Part shown: positions 39,958-52,826 of the stretch, piece by piece
How positions within the stretch are numbered: position 1 is the first letter of the stretch
Layout: each line of letters opens with the position of its first letter
Source of the DNA: Nageia nagi
Lineage: Eukaryota > Plantae > Pinophyta
Direction of reading: 5' to 3'
Length of the DNA stretch: 64,000 nucleotides
Assembly (NCBI GenBank): GCA_050084985.1
Contig: JBITNC010000001.1
Coordinates: forward strand, 147,622,001 to 147,686,000
Made by a program: the position numbers and the translations under genes
Notes under the pieces: generated by a model
What the model was told of the DNA's origin: nothing
Seen by the model: only the letters and a program-made list of their open reading frames with translations
The model's database searches: none

Positions 39958-41265
39958 CACTTATCTATATATACCTCTTTACTTTGTCACTCGTGAATCA
40001 ATGCTCATGACAATATACATTTTGATGTTATTGATGAAGATGTTGGCAATGATGATGTTTGTATAGTATTCCCCTTAAGTCTTTATTTCTTCTATGTAGC
40101 CCTTAACAATGTGATGATTGGGTCTAGTGGTTTAATGACTTGTCATTGTGATTCATTTTGATGATTTTTTAAGGTGTGATTTATCATTAATAAATTGCTA
40201 ACTCATTTATTTTATCTTTTTGAATTATTTCCTTGTAAAAATAGTGAAATAGGTGGATAGAATATACTTGAAACACCATGAGATAAAAAGAATTTGTATG
40301 TTTTGTAGCCTAAATGCCACATAAGATGAGACTCATTTTATTCTTATATGACCATTTTACATAGTCATTAGACAAACTTATAATGATATTCGTAAGTGCG
40401 ATTTGATCTATGAATTCTTAAACCAAGATAACTAAAACAAGCTTGACAATTTTATCATGCATCTTAATTATATTAGAAATAATTAAATGGATAAATGATA
40501 TATATTTATCCTTGGAAAAACTTTGATGGGTCCTACAAACCATTGGATTTAAATGACATTAAAAGAAATCATTCACTCATAATTATCACATATTATTAGA
40601 TATGAGTTTTGTTGATTCCCTTTTCATACAAAATTTCAAATTCAATTTTATTCTATCTTACTTTCATATGGAAAAAGATATTTTTTCATTTTGGGTCATC
40701 CAAGAATTTAATAATAAAAAATTAAGTAGTGATTTAACTATAAAAATATTGAAGTATTATTTTGTAATAATTATTTTTCAAAATTCAAATTACATTGCTA
40801 TCTCAACCTCCATCAAATGAAAATAGACAAGCTTTACATCTCACAACATAGATACAAAAAATGAATTTAAAAAACTCATCAAATTACTATTATCGATCTT
40901 GAATTTGTTATCACTAATTTAATCAAGTACGGACTAACGCCTTTGTTCTATGAAAGATGAGTTTGACTTAATATTTATTTAAATAATTTTAATTGAATAC
41001 ATGAGCATTAATTTAGCTCTTTTACCATAACTTTGTATACTTTATCATTTCGACATCTAAAGACATTCTACAATGAAATACATGGGGAGAGGTAAAGAGC
41101 TCAAATGTACCTTAAATATAAGTTTAATATTAATATAACAGTTGAAATTGATCCACAACTATAACTTTTATTTTAAATGGATTATTGAAATTAATCCATA
41201 ACTTTTTATTTCATATTCGATTATTGTTGTTGAGTGATATTTATTATATTTTTTATAAATAATAT

Positions 41266-42946
41266 ATGTGTGATATTTATTGCATATATCTTTATTTTTT
41301 TATATAATTATTTAATAATATTTAACTAATGTATAAAGCTATTTAAAATAGTCAAATCAATGTCGATGTTTTGTAGATATATATTTCATATATCTATACT
41401 AGTATATATTAATGTTTTTATTAATTATTTTGAAAAGATACTTACACATTCTATTAAATATCATTATTTGATTATATTAAATATCATTGTATGAATTGTA
41501 GAAGATAGCGATAACCTGGCTTCAACCTTTCGGTTAGGGGGATCACTTAGGTATGTCTCATCACAATGATGGTTGGGGTGGTGGTATTGATAAAGACAAT
41601 ATTGGATGATAAGTCGATGGTAGTGGTTAGGATAATTTAATCACACCTATAGTTAATGCATAGGAAGCGAGAGTGGGTGAGTGGAATGCAACATCTTAGG
41701 GCATTAATTGTGATCTCACTCCAAGCCAACTAGGTTGAATTACACTAATTCTTTTTATTTTCACGATAAAAGTAAATTATTGAATAAAAATCAAGGTACT
41801 ATTCACTCATTACCTAATCAAAATAAAAAGGATAAATCCTTTATGGTTTTGTCACCATCTAACTATTTACAAATCATTCTATTCAATGAAAAAAATATTT
41901 TGATACGATAAACAAACCAATTCAATATTAGGATTATTCGTTAACTATTGATCAACCTTGATCAATTTGCCTTCTGAAACAAGAAGTTCTGATCTTGATA
42001 ACTGGCATGTGATTTGTGAAAAAATTGATAAGACTCATTGGTTGATTATTTTCTATAATGTGTGGAAAGATAATGAAGAGATGGTGGATTCTCCTACTAG
42101 TAATGAGGAGGATGCAATCCTGCCTACTAGTACTCCACCCATGTCTTGAAAATTTATGGGTTAAATGCATTTATTACATCATGTTGATTATTAAGTAATA
42201 TTTTGTTCTCTGCCACATTTAAAGGTGAGGTGTCCTTTTCATAAGATCTTTGTGAAGACTTTGTTGTTTGATTGACTAGCGAGTTGGTGCTCAGGATGTG
42301 ATATGTCCACCCACCCTTTTTTGGATGATTAAGTTTTGATACTTAATACAAAGTTTTATCATTAAAAAAAAAAAGAATTTTAGAACAAAATCATATTAAT
42401 ACTTCTACATTACTATCATCCATTTTAAACCATTTATATAAAAAATTAAACAAAAAATTTGATTTAAATTGTAAAGCAACCCATGAAGATCTTTAAAGGA
42501 TCCTTCTCTATTTAAAATAAATACAATTTATCATTTATAATAACATTTAATTGAGATTGAGATAACTAAATTTTGATACTTAAATAATGTACATATATTT
42601 AATGACTTATCAAAATTCAATTACAAATTAATTGTGTAAACTAATAAGTGATGTTTAATTTTATAATATTTCATTTCACTTTTTATTAGCATTAATTATA
42701 TTTCTTATTCATCAACATCAAAATATTACATATAATATACAATTGGAGACCTTTAACAATCATATATTTAATTCCTCTAATTCTAGTTATATCAAGAAAA
42801 TACATGACACAAATACTTCCACATTATTTATAAAGGTTTTACAAAGATTTTGAAATTATAATAAGTTACTTTAATTAAAATTCTAAAATCAAGTGGGGGT
42901 GGTGAAGGGAAAAACAATTGCCACACATGGACCCTAGCATGTGGCA
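41266..42946 (+). repeat. ~1.7-kb direct duplication, copy 1
   Basis: Colinear with 45721-48494 from ATGTGTGATATTTATTGCAT to GTGGCA. Confidence 0.93.
41510..42373 (+). mobile_element. Old LINE 3' remnant (RNase H-like) with poly(A), inside the duplicated unit; second copy at ~45975-46603
   Basis: GC-richer insert ending in AATACAAAG..poly(A). Weak RNase H-like residues (GGGIDKD; HNIWKHNKEMVDS in copy 2). Confidence 0.5.
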
Positions 42947-45720
42947 TATTCCCCTTGTCTTTTATCAATACTTCTAGTATTTATTAAAAGATGAAATCGT
43001 GGAAGTAGTAAGATAATCTTTGGCTTCTAAACAGCTACTCGAAAGAATTAACCATACCTTCCTAGCATTAATACTCAAAGTAAAGGATGCCAACACCATT
43101 GATGTATTTCACCCAATCTTTTTATGCAATTGTCTCTACAAAATAATCTCCAAAGTAGCATCAAACAAACTTAAATAGGTCATTTCCATCATAGTTTTTG
43201 AACAACAAAAAACCTTTGTCAAAGGTAGACAATTCACGGATGGAGCAATTCTTATCCATGAATTAATTCATTTTATGAATATACAAAAGAGTAAGTGACT
43301 ACTACTCAACTTAGACATTAAGAAAGCCTTTGATAGAATCAATTGGACATTTCTTTTTCGAATTTTGGAGAAATTCGATTTTGAATCAAGTTGGATCCAA
43401 TGGATTACATCTCTCATTAGTGGTCCATCATTTTTTTCCTCATTAATGATTGTGTACAAGAATGCTTTAAAAGTTCTTGTGGACTCCATCAAGGTGATCC
43501 TCTATCCCCATACTTATTCATCATTGTTGCATAAGCTCTTGGAAGAGGTATGATTAATCTTCATTCAACCAACAAGATTAAAGGCATGCAAATTAATCAT
43601 CTTTTCCTTGTTTCAACTCACTCCCAATTTATTAATGACACTTTTCTCGCAGCCTACCCCACAATACAAGAAATCCAAATGATCAAAAACCTCCTTAACA
43701 CATATAAACTTGCTTCAAGCCAAGCAATGAACTACAATAAATCTAAATTTTATTGTTTCAATCTCCAACCTCACCTCTTAAGACCGTTTTCCTAAATGAT
43801 AGAAATGACGATTGATTATCTTCTCAATATTTATTTGGGCTTACCTCTCTTCCAAGGAGCTAAAATTGATGACTTTTGGAGCAAGATAACAACACATATT
43901 TCCTCCAATATGATGAAATGGAAGGCAAAGTGGTTATCTTCAGCTAGCCAATTAGTAAATATTAAATCCATATTAATCTCAATTCCTATTTTTTGGCTAG
44001 GAGTATTATGGCTTCCTTCAGAAGTTCTCCACCAAATGGAATACATCATGATGGATTTTCACTGGAAGGAAATTTAGAAGGAAAAAAGATTCATTTGGTC
44101 ACATGGGAGGTACTTTGTTCATTGTTAATTCAAGGTGGCCTTGGCATTAGAAAGATCAGAATAATGAACATTGTATTGCTTGGGAAACTAATTTGGAGAA
44201 TCTACAATGACTATAAATCCCTTTGAAGCCAAGTCATCTTATCCAAATATCTAGATAATGATATGCCTAAACATATATTTACAATGAAAAACACACCATT
44301 TGGCTCCATGGTCTAGAATGGTATTAGAAAGATTAGGTCCTTTATCATTTATCACTTGAAATGGGTGGAAACCAAAGGAAATAAAATTGATTTTTGGCAT
44401 GATACCTATCTTGCAAATTATACCCTGTCATCCACCAATAATTATTCAAACATTCAAAGCATCCTCTGTCAATGTTGGGATGAATGGGTAGAAAATTATT
44501 GGTACTAAACTACTTTGAATGGTATTAAGAAAAAAATGGTATCAGTTAGAGCTTATCCCCTCATACTTAAGATAGGAACTACAAGCTTTGGATTCCCAAC
44601 TTCTCCTCTACCAATTGAAACCTAATGGAGAAGATTATTTAGCTTGGAAACCTCATCCCTTTGGCATATATATGGTCAATTCAGCCTACAAAGCTTTTTC
44701 TCATCATCCAATTTTTAAATTCCCAAGCATAGTTTAGAATCAAGTGTGGTCTTCAAAGGCTAGGCCAAAAGCCAAATGTTTTCTATGGGCTGCTACTCAT
44801 GATAAGATCCTCTCAAGTGAGCAATTGCATAAACATGGGTGGTTTGAAATCTCTAGTTGGGCCATGTATGAAGATACTTCTAAAATTGAGGCTCATCTTC
44901 TTATCAATTATCCTATAGCCAGTAGTCTCTAGAGCAAATTCATTTCATTGTTCAACATACAGTGGGTCTTGCCCCGAACTATAAGGGATCTTCTTCACTC
45001 TTGGATTGACCCAACACCCTCTATGGTTCCTTCTATATTATGGAAAGTTGCACCCACCATGCTAGCATGGAATCTATGGATTGAACAGAACAATCGAATT
45101 TTCAAGAGGACTCAATTTTTAGAGGAAAAGATATCGGAAGGGTTTGGATACAAAATGGTCCACATCTAAGATTCTTACTCCCCCCAGTTATGCCTTGGGA
45201 TATGAATATGTAATCATAGAAAGATGGAAGCCTATACTCAAAGCTTGGCATCGATGGACAAGTTTAGTTGTGGATAATGAATCTGATATCCATCTTCCTT
45301 TAGTTTCTTCATCAATTGCTAGAGGACATACTGCAACAGGGATTGGTGCTGAACAAGGAGTGCAAATGTGTCCAATGTGATCCATAACTCATGGAAATGA
45401 AATTCAAAACAAGGATGCCATATTGAAATTCAACTTTCAATCTTCCTCTCTAAATATAGTTCTCTGAATGAAGAACAATCTCCTAGCTATAAGTAATGGA
45501 ACCACATCAATTTTCATAGATAATGTGTAATGATTTAATAATATGGAATCCTCCACAAATGAATTTTGGGAATGCCATCAACTCAGTGCTACAAATATGC
45601 CATGGTGGTGTCATCTAGTCCTATTACAAGCAATAGTCATTTTTGCTACAAAGTATTGTATAAACCCTTATGTAATATGTTATTTTAGTTAATGTAAAGG
45701 TTTTTTTACTTAACAAAAAA
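42947..45720 (+). mobile_element. 5'-truncated L1-clade LINE (degenerate ORF2: RT and zf-RVT) with A-tail
   Basis: INHTFLALI..FHPIFLCNCLYKIISK, LDIKKAFDRINW, QGDPLSPYLF, HSQFINDT, YLGLPL, QGGLGIR, VWSSKARPKAKCFLW and WNLWIEQNNRIF. Ends in TAACAAAAAA at 45720. Confidence 0.93.
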
Positions 45721-48494
45721 ATGTGTGATATTTATTGCATTGACTTCTATAATTCTTTTGTATAATCATTTAATAATATTTATGTAATGTATGAAGCTAT
45801 TTAAAATAGACACCTTGAGATTGATACCTCTCGATGTTTTGTAGATATATATTTAATATATCAATGTCAGTCTATTTTAATGTTATTATTAATTATTTTG
45901 AAAAGATACTTACACATTTTATTAAATATCATTATTTGATTCTATTAAATATCATTGTATGAATTGCATAAGACGATAAACCTTCTCCAACCTTCCAATT
46001 GGGGGGATTGCCCAGGTAAATCTCATCATAATGATGGTTGGGGTGGTGGTATTGATAAAGACGATAGTGGATGGCAAGTCCATGGTAGTGGCTAGGACAA
46101 TTTAATCACACTTGCGGTTAATGCAAAGGAAGCAACGATGGATGAGTGGAGCTCAACATCCCAAGGCATTAATTGTGATCTCAAGGCCTATTATTGGAAG
46201 ATTGTGAAGCGGCGCCAAGCTAATCGAGGCCTAAATGGCATGAGATTTGTGAAAATCTTGATAAGATTCACTGGCTGATTATTCCTCATAACATATGGAA
46301 ACATAATAAAGAGATGGTGGATTCTCCTACAAGTAATGAGGAGGATGCAATCCCACCTACTAGTACTCTACCCACGTCTTGAAACTTTATGGGTTAAATG
46401 CATTTATTGCATCATGTTGATTCTTGAGTACTGTTTTGTTCTTCTACCATGTTTAAAGGTGATGTTTCCTTTTCATAAGTTCTTTGTAAAGACTTTGTTG
46501 TTTGATTGACTAGAACGTTGGCACTCGGGGTGTGATGTGTCCATCCATTCTTTTTTGGATGGTTAAATTTTTTATACTTAATACAAAGTTATCTTAAAAA
46601 AAAATTGTAGAACAAAATCATGTTAATACTTCTACATTACTATCATCCATTTTAAATCTTTTATATAAAAAAACTAAACAAAAAAATTGATTTAAATTGT
46701 AAAGCAACCCATGAAGATCTTTAAAGGATCCTTCTCTATTTAAAACAAATACAATTTATCATTTATTATAACATTTAATTGAGATTGAGATAACTAAATT
46801 TTGACACTTAAATCATATACATGTATTTAATGACTTATCAAAATTCAATTACAAATTGATTGTATAAATTAATAGGTGATGTTTAATACTATAATATTTC
46901 ATTTCACTTTTTTTTCTCTTAGATTGGAGGATGGATTTTTGAAAGGAATCTTAACCTTTTAGATAGCCTTTCCTTAGGAGATATTGCAATTAAGTTCATG
47001 AGATGCGGGCTAATAGGTGGCCAATTCTAAAATCCTAAATTCAAATCTAGCACTAGACATAAAATTGTAAAAGAAACTGAAGCAAAAACAAAAACAACAT
47101 TCTGAACCCACAAATGATAATCTAGAAGCTTAAATCTTTTTGTGTAAGGACCAAAGGAAATAAAAAGAGCTAGTAACAACAAATATGCCACAAAAGAAAA
47201 ACCTTAATGCAAAGAGAACACTCAGCATGAGAATGGTTCTCATCCACACATTAGAAAATCCATGATCTAGTGTTCGCCCTTACGAACCCAAAATGTTTTC
47301 CTTTATTCCAAGCACCATTCAAGGATCTATTGGGACACCAGATACTTGGGTCCTTGTATCCCCAGCCATAGAGTCCATACATCTGTAGCTACAACAAAGC
47401 TCACGACTTCAAAAAGGGACTGCAAAATCAAAGGTTGTCGCCAAAACACCCCTCCATTAGGCCTGTTAGGTAAGAGGGCTCCTTAGACCTCTATAGTGCC
47501 CCTCCTTCATATTACACCTCAGAACCCTCCCCAACGAATCACAATTGGGGCAACATCAACGATAAGCGACTTCTAAGAGCACTAAACCTGCAACCCCAAA
47601 GCTTCCTACAAGAAAAACTATTTCCTCCCTTCTCAACAGAAGCTATTGGATCTAGACCAGATCAAGGAAAAGAGAACCCCGAGGAGAAAATAGAACCACA
47701 CCATTATGTACCTCCAACCATCCCAGATGCGTTGAGTTTAAGATGGCCCCTATTCCTCGCAGCATACCACAAGTCGACAACTAGAAATGAAACCACAAAC
47801 CTCCTCCTCCCAAGACAAAAGCAAAAACCCCAACAAGCTCTACAACGAAGCCAGAACCAAAACATCAACCTCCTACACTTAGCAAAACTACAAGACCCAC
47901 TAACATCGACATCCAACCACTTAACATCTTGTGGCCTGACGACAGAAAACGACTTGCACAATAAAAAAGAACCATGCTCACAAAAGGAGAACCTCCCTAA
48001 GAAGCCCCACCATGCTAGCAAACCACCTAAACTACCAGCTACAAAACTAAGCAGAAAACCCAAAGCTCCAAAACCACCTAAGAGACCACCACTCTCACCA
48101 AACCGCTTGCAAGATCACACCACACCCTGATCTGCAGAGACCCTAATGCTATGGTTTTACCCTACATGCAAAAGTAATGCTCCTCACGCATGCAAAAACT
48201 TGAATCATTACATCGCATTTGATGATGCAATCTTCAAATACCATATTTCATTTCACTTTTATTAGCATTAATTATATTCATTAACATCAAAATATTACAT
48301 ATAATATATAATTGGACACCTTTAACAATCATATATTTAATTCCTTTACTTCTGCCACAAATGCTTCCACATTATGCTTAAATGTTTTACAAAGATTTTG
48401 AAATTATAATAAGCTACTTTAATTAAAATTATAAAATCAAGTGGGGATGGTGAAGCGCAAAACAATTGCCACACATGAACCCTAACAAGTGGCA
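45721..48494 (+). repeat. ~1.7-kb direct duplication, copy 2 (interrupted by a 1.33-kb insertion)
   Basis: Colinear with 41266-42946 apart from the insertion at 46912-48242 and a replaced segment at ~41720-42000 of copy 1. Confidence 0.93.
46912..48242 (-). mobile_element. Non-autonomous retroposon with 18-bp TSD and A-tail; degenerate LINE ORF1-like content
   Basis: TSD ATATTTCATTTCACTTTT at 46894-46911 and 48243-48260, and a T8 run at 46908-46915. The empty site is visible in duplicate copy 1 (~42666-42690). Weak ORF1-like residues (RVL...GGVFWRQPL/DFAVPF..C). No RT. Confidence 0.85.
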
Positions 48495-49575
48495 ACATTA
48501 GATGGACCTCACATGGTGAGATGGACTCTAAAAAGGTTCATTCAGTTGCGGTGATGTTAAGCTGACAATGAGTGCTATGTTGAAACTGTGTGGGTACATG
48601 GGGGAGGTGGCTACGAGTTTGTTTGGGAATGAGTGACAAGACTTCAAGGTGATCTTGCCTTGATTACAGACAGTGGTCAAGTTGGTTAGCCATGCCAAAC
48701 GAAGTGTTGTACAGAGAACCATGACTTACGTAAAATCTTAATGTAATCATTTGGGTAAGCTTTTTTTTCATGCCCATTTACTCTTATTTCTACTGACAAA
48801 CGTCTTCTATTGTATTGAGCTTGTAGTTTTGCGTGAATTGAGGAGAAGACGAGGGCGATGCTGGAGAAGATGGGATGGATGAAGTTTCTCAGTCTATTTC
48901 AAAAGATGGATGAGAATTTGGCTCTTCACCTTGTTTTATCTTATAGAATGAAGGACCTGGGGGGAAGGAATTTCTTTGGGAAGCAAAATACTACTCTACA
49001 CTCGTCATGTTGGCTCAAGAATTGCTCCATCAAAAACGATAAGAAGAAAATTGGGGAGGTCTCAAAGGAGTCGAACCCAGTACCACCTCTTAAAAAGAAG
49101 TTATCTTTAGGTGAATGGTCTGACTTGAAGACACCAAAATTGGAGATGGGGACTCCTTTGAAAAGCCTCTCAAAGAATATGGAAGATTGGAGTGATTTCC
49201 TCTGTACATGGGTCAAGTCAACGTGGGCCTCTTTTTTAATGCAAAAGAAACTTTAGATGAGTTGGAGGACCAACTGAAGAAAGGGAAAGAGAAGATTGTT
49301 GGGAATTCAACTCCTAAACCCTCCAAGGAAAAAGGGAATATCTCTTCTTGAGATTGTCTCAGAGATCGCCTCTTATGTTTCTGTTTATTAATTTATTTGC
49401 AAGCTTCATGTCGTTATTTTCAGTCCTATGGTTTCGGATAGAGATATCCGTGATACTCTGTTTACTTTCACTTTTGTTTGATACTATTTTAATATGAGGA
49501 ATGTTGAAAATCTTTGATTAATGTAAAAAGTTAAAAGGTCCTTTCAAAACCTTCGTTTATGCTATTAATAAAAGA
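48495..49575 (+). mobile_element. RT-less retroposon-like element with an accessory-type ORF (48858-49256) and A-rich tail
   Basis: GC-richer leader, ORF MLEKMGWMKFLSLFQKMDENLALHLVLSY..., T-rich 3' UTR and tail ..GTCCTTTCAAAACC..TTAATAAAAGAAA. Confidence 0.55.
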
Positions 49576-49984
49576 AATACTAAAATCAAAATTATTGGAT
49601 ACAATCATTCTCTTCCTTTGAAATTATAAATATAATTCATAATCATATGTATTGAGAACACAAAAACATATATATTCATCTTATTCAAAAAGAACAAATC
49701 AAATATCTAAGATACTTAGTCAAATTTGTTGATTTTCAAAAAATTTCTATCAATCTTCTCATTTCTTAGCTATTTGTACAATGGTATCTCCTGTATACTT
49801 TTTCAAATTTTGTTAAACTTACAGAACAAAGACCTAATATAAAGAAAAATTGCAGGCAAACGCAATAGAAGCAATAAAGGACTAGGCTTGTATGGTACAA
49901 ACATAAGTACAGAAATAAAAAGCAAGCATCTTCTCCTACCATCACAGCCAAGCTTGTGTATAAACATTCCTTACCTCTGTCCAA

Positions 49985-50275
49985 TTTTGTCGTATGATCC
50001 AGAAGTTGTGATATTTTTTTTTCTATCTTTGTCCCATTTTATCATATAATCTATATCATTGCATGCAAGTTGTAATATTCTTTTGTATCTTTGATCATGT
50101 AAGTTGTGATATTCTTTCGTATCTTTGTCCCATTTTATCGTATGATTCATATTATTGCATCTAAGTTGTAATATTTTTTTGTATCTTTGATCATGTAAGT
50201 TGTGATATTCTTTCGTATCTTTGTCCCATTTTATCGTATGATTCATATTATTGCATGTAAGTTGTAATATTCTTT
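49985..50275. repeat. 96-bp tandem repeat, ~3 copies
   Basis: AAGTTGTGATATTCTTTCGTATCTTTGTCCCATTTTATCG... recurs at a ~96-bp period. Confidence 0.92.
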
Positions 50276-51174
50276 GTGTACTGCAATATCATGCCATGTA
50301 CCTTTTATTGGTGATTGTTCACATATGAAATCACATCTATATTGGGTTACTCACCTGTGCATGGCACTGTAGATGCACCTTAAAATGTTTAGGGTGGCAA
50401 AATATTTTGATTTGCTATACATATTTTTATGTTAATTGATTCATCAATTAGCCCACAAAACCAAAATACAAATATATACATTTGTCATTTTAGAGCATGA
50501 TTTTTCACAACTAATAAGGGTGAATATTTCAAGAACTAGAATGGTCTCTCCAGTTTTATCTGTTGTTGTGTAATTACCATAGCCTCATGCAAGTCATAAA
50601 TAATGTGGCCTAGATTATATTTATCTCTCATGGCCTTAAATCATTTTTTGGACATAGTACTTCATATTCCTCTTTGAAAAATAAATCTGCATGATATTTG
50701 CATAAAAGATTGCACTAAATCTCAAGCCAAATCAACATAAACAAAATTTAAAATTTGAAGATTAAAATACAAACCTTGCATAATAACAGGAATTGTCCGC
50801 TACGGCATATAGGAGAGTGTTTGTCGGGTATTAAAATGAATATTGGAAATCCAGTATGATGATATAACCTATCTCCCGTGACAATTTGATTCCAAATTAT
50901 TTGAAACTTCTACAATGCAGTAAGACCCAAAGCACAAACTCTGCAGCCAGTGGTAGCATGATGTTTTTGTCATTCAATAATGCTTTTAAGAACCACCAAG
51001 GGGAAAAAATCACTTCAATCAAGTGAGTTCTTCGATATTGTGCTTTACAGAAATTTTGAAGGCAATTATGTTAGCCACAAAACAATTTGTACTTATAAAA
51101 TGAATAAAAGTGGATAACATGCGTATAACTTTTTGTCAATGCCATGAAAGGCACAATCCTCCATATGAGTTATG

Positions 51175-51350
51175 TGTTTCCATCCACTACAGGAATGTGC
51201 TAGTGAACATCCAAGAGAAGCACAAAGACTACCAAATGGTGCCCAATAATAGCGCTTTCTCTGAGATAGATGTTTCCATACACAACAGGAATGTGCTAGT
51301 AAGTGACCATCCAAAAGAAGCACAAAGACTACCATATGGTGCCAAAGAAT
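51175..51350. repeat. Two-copy tandem duplication downstream of the transporter stop codon
   Basis: TGTTTCCAT..ACAGGAATGTGCTAGT..AGAAGCACAAAGACTACCA.ATGGTGCC at 51175 and 51271. Confidence 0.9.
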
Positions 51351-51648
51351 GGTGCGTTCTTTGTTCACATTGTGTAGAACAATAAGTCTACTGAATACCA
51401 AGCATGATCTCTTTAAATATAAAATTGATCTTTCTATCCGAGCAGGTTGCTTTAGGAAACAATCTTTTACATTGCTTAGCATTTTAAATGAAGAAACAAT
51501 CATCTACTTTCAAATGCTTGTTTCTAAATTCCTTGTTTGAAATCTCAGGTGGATGCTTTTGAGGAATTGCAAAATCAACTATGCAATCTTAGTACCTAAT
51601 CCTGAGACTACAATGGGGAATGAATAATCTGAACCACCGATCAACTTC

Positions 51649-52826
51649 TTAAAGAACTTTGCTTTTTTTCTTGTAGTGTTCAGAAGCAGGCTTCGCATTG
51701 GGTATGAACGATATCCAAATTAATGGAACCAATGTTGCCATGGATTGGATGAATATACATAAAGGCAACTGGGAATAGTTTTCAGATGAAACTCTGAGCA
51801 ATGATGCGAGTCCAACGCCCAAGTAACCACTGATTATGCTAGCCAAGCACTGTACTGACATGACTAGAGCCATAAGAGAGCCTTCACAGCCAGCAGGGCA
51901 TAACTGTGCAAAAAGCACTGTAAATGGGAGAATTTTGAATTGAGCAACAGCTTCTGCAAATGCTGATACTCCCAAAATAAAAACGTCATTTGATATTCCT
52001 AGTCGAATATTCAATTGCTTCACAAGGAGAATGTCTGATAACATACATGCTGATATAAGAAACTGCACAGAGCACAGCAGCTTCCTGAAAGGAAACTTCT
52101 TTAAAGAGCGATTGTAAATTATGCTTCCCAAAAGAAGACCCAACTGCCCAACTACCTTTGCGAGTCCTAAGATACATGGATCAATCTTCAAATGCTGCGT
52201 GTGGTAGAAAAACATGGTACCTGATAGAAGTGGAATCATTGCATAAGATGCAGCAAACCATGCGAGAGGATATGCTATTTTTGGATTCTTAAGAAGTTCC
52301 ATAACATCAGATATCTGACTTTTAATACTTGTCAATATCGCACTTTCCCTCCACTGCAGACCAGCTGCATTATTTTTAGATGCATTGTCAATTACATTTT
52401 TTAGATACGAGTAACTGCGCAACTTCCTCTTTATCAGATTTCGAGTTTCTAGAATCTTAATTCCCTTAACACTAACAAGACCAAAGGACCGTTCTCTCAG
52501 AAGCAAGGATGTCCCAATTTCAAGGGTCAATAGTAATACATAAACAATGAACATGGTCCTTGCATCAACTTGGCTCACAATGATCCCACCAAACAAATTA
52601 CCCAGAACACTGCCTGTAGCCAATGCCATCCAAGCAAATGACTGAAGCTCACCTGATGAATCACCTTTGTGCTTTTTACCACATTCTGCTACCAAAGCAT
52701 CAGTGGCTACCTCCATAATTGATGCACCAAGATTGCTAAGGAGAAGAAGTGCTGTTACAATAGCAATAGAGGAACCCGCAGCTGGAGTAAGTGCAATTGA
52801 TCCCCATGCAGCTGCTTGCACCAAGC
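51649..52826 (-). CDS. BT1-family folate/biopterin transporter (FBT7/8/9-like, MFS), exon 2
   Basis: Intact 391-codon frame with many hydrophobic helices. Motifs LLLSNLGASIMEVATDALVAE, GELQSFAWMA and QFKILPFTVLFAQLCPAGCEGSL. Acceptor TTTCAG|GC is phase-compatible with exon 1. Confidence 0.95.

Noticed and set aside
47732-48130. 132-aa Pro/Lys-rich plus-strand ORF
   Set aside because: Antisense to the GT-rich body of a retroposon; compositional ORF.
49971-50246. 91-aa ORF with a 32-aa repeat
   Set aside because: Direct consequence of the 96-bp tandem repeat; no other coding evidence.
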